From IMG/VR virus record IMGVR_UViG_2917886563_000005: a DNA stretch of 38,089 nt, one strand, 5' to 3'. How positions within the stretch are numbered: position 1 is the first letter of the stretch; each line of letters starts with the position of its first letter. The notes under the pieces are model-generated. The model was not told the DNA's origin and made no database searches. It saw only the letters and a list, made by a program, of their open reading frames with translations. The translations under genes were made by a program, and so were the position numbers. Of this stretch, positions 1 to 7,894 are shown one piece after another. This stretch comes from a virus (taxonomy: Duplodnaviria > Heunggongvirae > Uroviricota > Caudoviricetes).

Positions 1-477
1 ATGAAACTCATCAGTAATGATCTGCGCGATGGCGATAAGCTGCCGCATCGTCATGTCTTTAACGGCATGGGTTACGATGGCGATAATATTTCGCCGCATC
101 TGGCGTGGGATGATGTTCCTGCGGGAACCAAAAGTTTTGTTGTCACCTGCTATGACCCGGATGCGCCAACCGGCTCCGGCTGGTGGCACTGGGTAGTGGT
201 TAACTTACCCGCTGATACCCGCGTATTGCCGCAGGGGTTTGGCTCTGGTCTGGTAGCAATGCCAGACGGCGTTTTGCAGACGCGTACCGATTTTGGTAGA
301 ACCGGGTACGATGGCGCCGCGCCGCCGAAAGGCGAAACGCATCGCTACATTTTTACCGTTCACGCGCTGGATGTAGAACGTATTGATGTCGATGAAGGTG
401 CCAGCGGCGCGATGGTCGGGTTTAACGTCCATTTCCACTCTCTCGCCAGCGCCTCGATTACTGCGATGTTCAGTTAA
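1..477 (+). CDS. ybhB: Host PEBP-family protein YbhB (158 aa, complete); bio-side flank of the lambda att site
   Basis: Translation recalled as E. coli YbhB (PEBP/UPF0098 family); ORF starts at window position 1 and stops at 475-477. Confidence 0.85.
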   Translation: MKLISNDLRDGDKLPHRHVFNGMGYDGDNISPHLAWDDVPAGTKSFVVTCYDPDAPTGSGWWHWVVVNLPADTRVLPQGFGSGLVAMPDGVLQTRTDFGRTGYDGAAPPKGETHRYIFTVHALDVERIDVDEGASGAMVGFNVHFHSLASASITAMFS

Positions 478-485
478 TCACTCTG

Positions 486-508
486 CCAGATGGCGCAATG
501 CCATCTGG
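486..508 (+). terminator. Perfect 9-bp inverted repeat 9 nt after the ybhB stop; possible host terminator or REP-like hairpin
   Basis: ccagatggc-gcaat-gccatctgg read directly; no strong U-run follows. Confidence 0.3.
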
Positions 509-560
509 TATCACTTAAAGGTATTAAAAACAACTTTTTGTCTTTTTACCTTCCCGTTTC

Positions 561-725
561 GCTCAAGTTAGTATAAAAAAGCTGAACGCGAAACAGTAAA
601 AATCAATAATATCAATGCGTTACAATGCATTTAGTCTAAAAAATAGACTACATGATACTACAAAACACAACATATCCAGTCACTATGAATCAACTACTTA
701 GATAGTATTAGTGACCTGAGACAGA
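561..725 (-). other. attR: lambda-type att core (568..582, reverse orientation) with B' half-site toward ybhB and a lambda-like P arm on the prophage side
   Basis: ttagtataaaaaagc at 568..582 is the reverse complement of the lambda core GCTTTTTTATACTAA; cgctcaag precedes it; 583..725 resembles the lambda attP P arm (e.g. cagtcactatgaatcaactacttagat). Confidence 0.8.
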
Positions 726-1040
726 GCATTAGCGCAAGGTGATTTTTTGTCATCTTGCGCTAATTTTTTGTCACAAAAACATGTCGCACTCCAGAAGAGC
801 ACAAAGCCTTGCAATTCAGTGCAAAGCTTTGTGTGTCTCAGTTTTGTTTCATCAGTCACAGCACGCCATAGAATGCTGACTTGCTTGATGTGTCTGCGGT
901 TCACAATCCTTCAGCAATTTTCACAACTTGCCAGCAAACATCCAATGGCAACGCCTTATCGTCATGTTGCGCATTTACAAAATGCAATATAAATATGTTA
1001 AATTATTATAGAAATCACATAACGTTACGAGGGGTACACT

Positions 1041-2786
1041 GTGGGGATTTTTTTACTAGGCCGCAAGTTCGAAGGATCAAGCTTACTTTTTGATAAGGGA
1101 CGCTTATTTTTACAGAACAGCGTTGATGGAAATGTCTTCCTTGTAGTTGAGAAAGGAGGAAATCGAGCGTTTCTTCATACTGGTGAAAAATTTATAGATT
1201 TTGTTAGAGTTGGGCACTTGTCACATTTGAAATGCTATCTCTCACGTGAGAGCGACAGACTTTTATACTGCGTTTCATCATTAGGTGATGCTATTGAGAA
1301 GACAGTAACAGCAAACAGAACAAAAGCAAGTGGCTGGGAAACATTTGATATGCTTCCTGCAAAAGACTTAAGCGAATCATCCCTTAATCAAATAGAAATG
1401 CTTAAGGAAATATATTTTAAAAATGATGATTTAACATCTGTTTTCAACAGAATTGTTAGATCAGATTTGATTGACAAAGGAAGAACGATTGAAAAGCTAA
1501 TTGAAATAATGAGCGTCGACGATAAGACATATATCTCTTATCATCTATCTAAAAACATCAGTGAATTAGCAACGCTTTCTGATATTTCAGATGATGCGCT
1601 ATTTAAAGCATTTGTTTCAAACCTAACCAACTACAGCAAAAAAATATCTGTTATAGATGAAAAACTTGATTTTTTATCTAAGCTTTCGAACCAAATTATT
1701 TCTAAAAACAGCTGGATTGAACTAATTCATAATTTAAGAAAAATATCTCCACCAAAACATAAATCATGCATTGTTGCAACATGCAAAAATGAAGGTGTTT
1801 ATCTTATTGAGTGGATAGCTTACCATCTAAGCATTGGGTTTGATGCAATATTTATATATTCTAATGGTAATGATGATGGTTCTGACGAACTACTTAATAA
1901 TCTTCATAATGAAGGAATCATATACTACATAAAAAACATTGTTGGAGATGGTGTTAGTGCACAAAACAAGGCTTATGCTCATGCACTAACAATTAACAAG
2001 GAGGTTCTAAATTATGAATGGAGTCTTTTCATTGATATAGATGAATTTTTTGTTTTAAACGAATACATGTTTTCTTCCATCACTGATTATCTAGACTGGC
2101 AAAACAAAAATGAAACTGACGCAATTGCTTTAAACTGGATGTTTAGCAAACCAGTGGAAAATAGCGACTGGATAAACAATCCAATAACTAAAAGATTGCC
2201 ATATATTAATAAAGAAGCAAGCGCTCATATCAAAACATTTTTTAAGCCTCACAAATTCTCAGGCTCAACCCCTCATTTCCCATTGTGCAATAGCAATTAT
2301 AAGTTCGCATATAGAGACTCTTCAGGTAACATTCATGAAAAGTCCATCACAAAAAATGATTTATCATTTTCTAACAAACCACAAAACTCACACGCTTACA
2401 TTATTCATTACTTCAATAGAAGTATAGCTGAGTTTATTTGGAAATACTCTAGAAACAGAGGTAATCACCCAAATACAAAAAGCGGAAATAACTTTACAGA
2501 ACACTTATTTCAGTTCCTTGGCTTCTTCACATCATCATTAGACTCACCACGGTTCGTGGAGAATGAATCAATTGCTAAAATGACTGACATCATTGATTCA
2601 AAAATTAGCGAAATAGTAGCAAGCGAATCAATACAAATTGCGTATGAGAATGTTAAGAACAGGACAAGAGAGCGTTACGAATTAATCGAACCTTTATTTT
2701 GGGAGTATTTAAAGGGAAACATCAACTCAGAAAAACATAAAGACTCAATTTCAGATTTTATATCTAGATTTAAAGAAAAAGCCTAA
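1041..2786 (+). CDS. Cargo gene: 581-aa protein with N-terminal ~240-aa region of unknown function and C-terminal GT-A-fold glycosyltransferase-like domain; candidate lysogenic-conversion glycosyltransferase
   Basis: Motifs CIVATCKNEGVYLIEWIAYHLSIGFDAIFIYSNGNDDGSDELL and DIDEF look like GT2/GT92-type nucleotide-sugar transferases; visibly AT-rich versus flanks; GTG start at 1041 with GAGGGG 6 nt upstream (start uncertain, internal ATGs exist). Confidence 0.65.
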   Translation: MGIFLLGRKFEGSSLLFDKGRLFLQNSVDGNVFLVVEKGGNRAFLHTGEKFIDFVRVGHLSHLKCYLSRESDRLLYCVSSLGDAIEKTVTANRTKASGWETFDMLPAKDLSESSLNQIEMLKEIYFKNDDLTSVFNRIVRSDLIDKGRTIEKLIEIMSVDDKTYISYHLSKNISELATLSDISDDALFKAFVSNLTNYSKKISVIDEKLDFLSKLSNQIISKNSWIELIHNLRKISPPKHKSCIVATCKNEGVYLIEWIAYHLSIGFDAIFIYSNGNDDGSDELLNNLHNEGIIYYIKNIVGDGVSAQNKAYAHALTINKEVLNYEWSLFIDIDEFFVLNEYMFSSITDYLDWQNKNETDAIALNWMFSKPVENSDWINNPITKRLPYINKEASAHIKTFFKPHKFSGSTPHFPLCNSNYKFAYRDSSGNIHEKSITKNDLSFSNKPQNSHAYIIHYFNRSIAEFIWKYSRNRGNHPNTKSGNNFTEHLFQFLGFFTSSLDSPRFVENESIAKMTDIIDSKISEIVASESIQIAYENVKNRTRERYELIEPLFWEYLKGNINSEKHKDSISDFISRFKEKA

Positions 2787-2796
2787 TCAATTTTCT

Positions 2797-2826
2797 GCGG
2801 AGGTAATCCACCTCCGCTATTTTATA
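2797..2826 (+). terminator. Intrinsic terminator after the glycosyltransferase-like gene, between convergent genes
   Basis: gcggaggt-aatcc-acctccgc (8-bp stem) followed by tattttataat. Confidence 0.5.
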
Positions 2827-2851
2827 ATACATTGTGTGATTTACAATATTT

Positions 2852-5116
2852 TCATTTCGATGAGTTAATTGCCTCAATGATACGCTTCAGGATTTCATTA
2901 TTTCTGCGTTGTAATGCAGCCTCAAGGACTAAGGCCTCTTCATAACGGATCCCATAACGTGAGCCTGCCGGAGTGACCAGAATATCTTCATATTCTGGAT
3001 CTGCCTCTTCTTCATACTCTTCTTCGACTTCTTGAAACTCTGTCTCGATGTACTCTTCTTCTACATCTTCAACTACAGGGACGCTCACGAATGGATTTTG
3101 CGCAAATGGTGAACCATCTTCATTAAGAACAGGTATCATTTCCATTTTTGGAGCCTGATACTCTTCATTCACTACTCGTTTAATCCGTGTTCCGTCTTCC
3201 AGTACCTCATCCTTTAATACCTGACGACTCTCAGTAACCATCACTTGTTTGCTTACAATTCGAGTTTTAGTAACCTGCACAGGAACTGTTGTTATGCGAG
3301 TTTTAGTAACCATTACACCTTCGTTTGTCTGAACCTTAGTATATTGATCATCCCACTCGTCAAAGCAAAAGAATCCAAATCGGTGCACATCAAGCCCATG
3401 ACGTTCAAACGCCTCCTTTGCACGTTGAGCTATTACGCCAAAATGCCAACGAGCTCCGTCTTCTCCTTTTTCTTCTGTTCTGTCAAGATACTGAAATTGA
3501 ACGAAGTCAACCTCTGACCATGCGTCAAGTATTGTATCAGTGATTTCAAGAGGTGCAGTTTTAGCTCGCTCATCTGAAGTAACGGTAAAGGCTGTTTGAG
3601 TGAATCCACCAGACCACACACGACCAGCAGTTCCGACCGTGCTATTACTGTTCTGTGAGTATGGTGTAATAGATGAGTCTACTCTTACAACCCCATCCCC
3701 CTTTGGAGATAGCCTCAAATCAATATCTGTATCGCTTCCAGCAACGCCAACAGCAGGAGCATTAGATGCTGTCTGTGAGCGCATGGCTAGATAATTGGCA
3801 GGAACTGTAGGCCCAGACTCTATGGAAAATATAGGTAACCCAGACGATAATCGTGTAAATACTACGCCATTATCACTAAATAACATTCTGGTTGATCTGG
3901 TTGCATCCTCCAAAACAGAGAGTATTTCAGAAGTTTTCTGATTTGAATTGTTGTACCAAGTCATTGAGTGTCTATTACCAAAAGCAATTGCCACACCTTG
4001 ACCTGTTGATTCTCCGTCGGTTCCTTTAAGGCTATTGCTGCCAAATACGATGCCCTTCAGAAAGCGTGCTGTTTTCCCAGCAGTTTTGTCGTTAGCTATT
4101 ATTCCAATTGCTGCCGATGCAGCATTCAACACTTCTCCAGCTTGGGTTAATTCACCACCTGAGCCTAACCATAATGCGTCAGTCTGACCGTTGGGGAACA
4201 TTGAATTAGGATACAGTTCACGCTCATTCCCCCTGTTTGCTATATCAAGTTCAAGACCGTGACTTGCTCCGATTGTTCCTGCATTTCTTACAGTTGAACC
4301 ATAAAGTGCCCATGCGCTAGACCTAACACCTGATGAATCATCGTTGTAAGCCATCCCGGCTACGGCAAGAGCAGCATTACCCGGTTCACCATCTCCAGTA
4401 TGAGCAGATCCAAAAATTCCTATCCCATCTGGTGGGGCAATCCCAACATTTCTACAGTGTCGCTCTAAATAGAAATAAATATTTCCCCCTAGCCCTGCCA
4501 TCCATGGCACTTGCCTTAACCAATACCCACCAATGAATGTAACATCCATTTCCATTTCCCACGATGTAAGTGGGTCTGAAACAATATCCTGACTTAACAA
4601 ATAAGTGCCAGCAGGAATATAAATTTTGCGCCTTGTCGCATTAGCCGCAAGAAACGCTTCAGTAGAATCAACAACCCCTGTTGGGTCAGCACCTCCGGCA
4701 AAACCACTCCAAGTAACAGGCTTTGCTAATCCTCCGACAAATCCAGCTCCACCAGGCCCCTCCAGTTCAGATCGCAGTTGATCGGGGTCATACTTCAGCA
4801 CATTAGGAAAATAGAACTGCTGCGCACCATATGCATCATATACAGCCATAGAATGGCCTTGCACAGTTACGAACTTGGCAATCTGTCCGTTATATACCGG
4901 GTAACCAGCAGCGTTAATGATGATTGGTTGCGAAACAGGAAAGTGAGAGCCGTCTTCGTTCTCCACATAAACCTGAATCTGGTTTTCAGGATTTACCGGG
5001 TCAGTGTCAATTTTACCGATATAAATTTTGCCATTGGCTACGGCTTTAAAAGAACGCGCCATAGTGAAGAGTTGCGAAGGCATACTCACTACAACATTAG
5101 CTGTAATGTCTGTCAT
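2852..5116 (-). CDS. Tailspike: P22 gp9-like N-terminal head-binding domain, different central receptor-binding domain, C-terminal S74-type intramolecular chaperone and Glu-rich tail
   Basis: N-terminus [11 protein letters not shown]...[11 protein letters not shown]...VLKYDPDQ matches recalled P22 gp9 residues 1-~110; C-terminal SDERAK...WHFGVIAQ is characteristic of the autocleaving chaperone domain. Confidence 0.85.
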   Translation of the reverse strand: MTDITANVVVSMPSQLFTMARSFKAVANGKIYIGKIDTDPVNPENQIQVYVENEDGSHFPVSQPIIINAAGYPVYNGQIAKFVTVQGHSMAVYDAYGAQQFYFPNVLKYDPDQLRSELEGPGGAGFVGGLAKPVTWSGFAGGADPTGVVDSTEAFLAANATRRKIYIPAGTYLLSQDIVSDPLTSWEMEMDVTFIGGYWLRQVPWMAGLGGNIYFYLERHCRNVGIAPPDGIGIFGSAHTGDGEPGNAALAVAGMAYNDDSSGVRSSAWALYGSTVRNAGTIGASHGLELDIANRGNERELYPNSMFPNGQTDALWLGSGGELTQAGEVLNAASAAIGIIANDKTAGKTARFLKGIVFGSNSLKGTDGESTGQGVAIAFGNRHSMTWYNNSNQKTSEILSVLEDATRSTRMLFSDNGVVFTRLSSGLPIFSIESGPTVPANYLAMRSQTASNAPAVGVAGSDTDIDLRLSPKGDGVVRVDSSITPYSQNSNSTVGTAGRVWSGGFTQTAFTVTSDERAKTAPLEITDTILDAWSEVDFVQFQYLDRTEEKGEDGARWHFGVIAQRAKEAFERHGLDVHRFGFFCFDEWDDQYTKVQTNEGVMVTKTRITTVPVQVTKTRIVSKQVMVTESRQVLKDEVLEDGTRIKRVVNEEYQAPKMEMIPVLNEDGSPFAQNPFVSVPVVEDVEEEYIETEFQEVEEEYEEEADPEYEDILVTPAGSRYGIRYEEALVLEAALQRRNNEILKRIIEAINSSK

Positions 5117-5183
5117 TTAATTTGCTCCAGATACAAGGAATCGCCGCAGCATTGCCACAGTGATGCATTATTAATCAAACAAA

Positions 5184-5198
5184 GGGACCGCTGTGGTC
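5184..5198. promoter_or_regulatory. Imperfect palindrome in the mnt-tailspike intergenic region; possible Mnt operator
   Basis: gggaccgctgtggtc contains GACC/GGTC half-sites; weak, from memory of P22 Omnt. Confidence 0.2.
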
Positions 5199-5262
5199 TT
5201 ATTGAGGATGCAACCAGCAGATAATAAGATGCCGATCCACTCACAAAAGCGAGGCATCAAGA

Positions 5263-5514
5263 ATGGGAAGAGATGACCCGCAATTTAATCTGCGGCTACC
5301 TTACGAATTAAAGGAAAAACTAAAACAGCGAGCCAAATCCAATGGTCGCTCTCTTAATTCAGAATTAGTTCAGATAGTGACTGATGCTGTATCAAAGCCA
5401 TCCAAAATTTCAGGCTATCGAGACGATGCGGAACGAATCGCTGATGAGCAGTCCGAACTTGTTAAGAAGATGGTGTTTGATACGCTGAAAGATTTGTACA
5501 AAAAACCCACCTGA
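5263..5514 (+). CDS. mnt: Mnt repressor (ribbon-helix-helix), 83 aa
   Basis: Translation MGRDDPQFNLRLPYELKEKLK...KKMVFDTLKDLYKKPT closely matches recalled P22 Mnt; GAGG upstream of ATG. Confidence 0.85.
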   Translation: MGRDDPQFNLRLPYELKEKLKQRAKSNGRSLNSELVQIVTDAVSKPSKISGYRDDAERIADEQSELVKKMVFDTLKDLYKKPT

Positions 5515-5530
5515 TGGTGGGTTCCATTTA
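5498..5530. terminator. Bidirectional intrinsic terminator shared by convergent mnt and lipoprotein genes
   Basis: aacccacc-tgat-ggtgggtt with A-run upstream and T-rich run downstream; stem overlaps the mnt stop codon. Confidence 0.5.
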
Positions 5531-5950
5531 TTAGTCTTGCTTTGTGGACGGTATAAGTGATGCATTTGCCTCTTTTGGCTTCAAGGTATACATTCCACCA
5601 TTAAATGGATCTACAGCAAGCCAACCAATTAACCCACCAAACACAAGGTTTCCACCAATATACCAACCATTAGCATTGGCTTTGATTGGCAAGGTTACTG
5701 GCTCGTACCCATCCTTTTCCATAGTGATCTGATAGCTCTTTTTGCCAAAATAACTACCATCTGACTTGGCAAGAGTTACTCCTTGCGGGGTCTTACCTTG
5801 CGCAACAATCACGCCTGATTCGTCTTTTACCTTAAAGCTCGCACCGGAAGGATTGCTGTTCACTTGCACAAGCTGTGTTTCGTCACCAACAATAGTTGCG
5901 CACCCAGATAACAATATAGCGCCAGCAACGACGCCGATAATCCTCTTCAT
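5531..5950 (-). CDS. Predicted lipoprotein (139 aa), function unknown; candidate superinfection-exclusion factor
   Basis: Signal peptide with lipobox MKRIIGVVAGAILLSGC; sits where P22 carries sieA/immI genes. Confidence 0.65.
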   Translation of the reverse strand: MKRIIGVVAGAILLSGCATIVGDETQLVQVNSNPSGASFKVKDESGVIVAQGKTPQGVTLAKSDGSYFGKKSYQITMEKDGYEPVTLPIKANANGWYIGGNLVFGGLIGWLAVDPFNGGMYTLKPKEANASLIPSTKQD

Positions 5951-6471
5951 ATTACTTTCCGTTTTGTTAGAATCAGAAAGATCTTAATAATAAAAAGTAT
6001 TTTCGTGAAGATATTGTCGATTGAGTTAATAACTCATTTACACCCAACAGTGCCATGATGGCAAAGATAAGGAGAGTTAATCATATGAAAAAATCACTGT
6101 TAATTATCCCGCTTCTGCTGGCAGGGTGTGCAAAGGTTAGCGACTATCAGGCAAGTTGCGAACAACGCTATCCAAAGCTTAGCGATATGGCTAATTGCCT
6201 TGATGCTAGCGTGAAGAACGACTCACGCATGGCATCAGCACCAACACCTAAGTTATATGTCCTTGCTGCGAAGATGCTCGGGCAAGGTGTCGATGATGGC
6301 AAGATAAGTGACGCGCAGGCAAGGCTTGAGCTTCAGAATCTTTATGTTCAATTACAAAGCCAAGAACAAGCCCAACAAATAGCGCAAAGCCAAGCATTCC
6401 AGCAGGCTTTATTGGAGTGCCCCCAAGCCCGTAGACAAATCTGCCCTATAGTTTGAGCATAGGAGGAGTCT

Positions 6472-6756
6472 ATGGGCACACCACGATTTACCCCAGAGTT
6501 TAAGGAGGAAGCTGTCCGTCAGGTTACTGAACGGGGCTATTCCGTTGCCGATGTTTCTGAACGCCTCGGCGTATCGGCTCACAGCCTTTATAAGTGGGTC
6601 CGGTCAGTCAGACCGGATAACAGCGAGCATCAGGCGCAGGATTTACTGGATGCGCGGACGGAGATTCTCAGGCTTAAAGCGCAGCTTAAACGTACTGAGG
6701 AAGAACGGGATATTCTGAAAAAGGCAGCGCGGTACTTTGCAAGGGAGCCCGACTGA
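6472..6756 (+). CDS. IS3-family transposase OrfA (HTH, leucine zipper), 94 aa
   Basis: MGTPRFTPEFKEEAVRQV...LKKAARYFA is typical of IS3-family OrfA; AGGAGG RBS. Confidence 0.85.
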   Translation: MGTPRFTPEFKEEAVRQVTERGYSVADVSERLGVSAHSLYKWVRSVRPDNSEHQAQDLLDARTEILRLKAQLKRTEEERDILKKAARYFAREPD

Positions 6757-7607
6757 AGTACCGCTTCATCAACGATCACCGTGAAATCTGGTCGATCGTA
6801 ACAATGTGTCGGGTTCTGAAGGTCGCCCGTGCGGGATTTTACGTCTGGCTTCATCGCCCTGTTTCTGCCGGAGAAAAGGATAATCAGCGGTTGCTGGAGC
6901 TCATCCGCGATGCTTATGCACTGAGCGGCGGAGTCTACGGTTATCGCAGGGTTCACGGCGATCTTCGTGAAATCGGTGAAGTATGCAGCAGAAACCGTGT
7001 TGCCAGAATCATGAAGCGGAACAGGATACAGGCCGTACATGGCTATAAGGTCCCGCGTGGCGTCAGGGGAAGGCCGTCACTGATAGCTCCTAATCGCGTA
7101 CAGCGGGAATTTACGGTGGTAAAACCCAACCAGGTGTGGGTAACTGATATTACCTACATCCGCACCTGGCAGGGTTGGCTGTATCTGGCGGTGGTTATCG
7201 ATCTTTTTGCCCGTAATGTGGTGGGCTGGTCGATGAAACCAACGCTGTCGCGCGAGCTGGCACTGGATGCGCTGCTGATGGCAGTCTGGCGGCGTAAGCC
7301 TGCAGAAAACGTCATAGTGCACAGCGATCAGGGCAGTCAGTATGGCAGTGATGACTGGCAGCGGTTCTGCAGGGCCAACAATCTGGCGCCGAGCATGAGC
7401 CGTCGTGGCAACTGCTGGGATAATGCGGTGGCAGAATCGTTCTTCAGTTCACTGAAAAAAGAGCGCATCAGAAAGCGGATATATAAAACCCGGGACATGG
7501 CCCGGGCGGATATCTTCGATTACATTGAAGTGTTCTACAACCGGACCCGACGCCACAGTCATCTGGGTGGCGTCAGCCCGGAGGCCTTCGAAAAGGCCTC
7601 ACCGTGA
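6717..7607 (+). CDS. IS3-family transposase OrfB (DDE catalytic domain), made as an OrfAB fusion by -1 frameshift near GAAAAAG (6717..6723); first ATG of the OrfB frame is at 6804
   Basis: OrfB frame is open from the slippery run to 7607; conserved ...ITYIRTWQGWLYLAVVIDLF...HSDQGSQY...DNA... DDE-type motifs; stop lies within the right inverted repeat. Confidence 0.8.
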   Translation, partial: EKGSAVLCKGARLKYRFINDHREIWSIVTMCRVLKVARAGFYVWLHRPVSAGEKDNQRLLELIRDAYALSGGVYGYRRVHGDLREIGEVCSRNRVARIMKRNRIQAVHGYKVPRGVRGRPSLIAPNRVQREFTVVKPNQVWVTDITYIRTWQGWLYLAVVIDLFARNVVGWSMKPTLSRELALDALLMAVWRRKPAENVIVHSDQGSQYGSDDWQRFCRANNLAPSMSRRGNCWDNAVAESFFSSLKKERIRKRIYKTRDMARADIFDYIEVFYNRTRRHSHLGGVSPEAFEKASP

Positions 7608-7894
7608 GGACAGAAACTGTCTACCGGAATGTGGTCACTCCATTATTGAATTATCAGGCTGTAAACACAATGCAAGCGATCGAGCAAAAAGCGAGACAGC
7701 CTGTTATAACTCAACCCTATCCAACACGAGTTGACACTTACACAAACTGCAATTCAGGGTTTGGAAATACAGTCACATGCAACAGTAGCAGTAACATCAG
7801 ATAACAATCAGCAAAGGTATCGCCTATGCAGAGGGATACGATAAACCTCGCGTTCTACATATTTGATTTTTGCACGTTCCTGGTGTTTGAAAAG

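Larger units (their letters stand above)
6432..7623 (+). mobile_element. IS3-family insertion sequence (~1.19 kb), apparently intact, flanked by 3-bp target-site duplication CCG (6429..6431 and 7624..7626)
   Basis: Imperfect terminal inverted repeats (tagacaaatctgccc... / ...ggacagaaactgtcta), orfA/orfB arrangement, direct CCG repeats. Confidence 0.8.
6085..7804 (+). pseudogene. Second lipoprotein gene (reconstructed ~174 aa) interrupted by the IS3-family element; N-part 6085..6431, C-part 7627..7804
   Basis: Lipobox MKKSLLIIPLLLAGC with AAGGAG RBS; removing the IS plus one copy of the CCG duplication restores one continuous frame (...ECPQA-RNVVTPLLNYQ...). Confidence 0.65.

Noticed and set aside
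205-571. ORFs antisense to or overlapping ybhB
   Set aside because: Embedded in a conserved host gene and running into the att site.
747-1093. Short plus-strand ORFs between attR and the glycosyltransferase-like gene
   Set aside because: They overlap each other and the lambda-like P arm/promoter-rich AT region, with no RBS or recognisable product; probably non-coding.
7604-7804. 66-aa ORF treated as an independent gene
   Set aside because: Its first residues lie within the IS right end; the remainder is the displaced C-terminal part of the interrupted lipoprotein gene.
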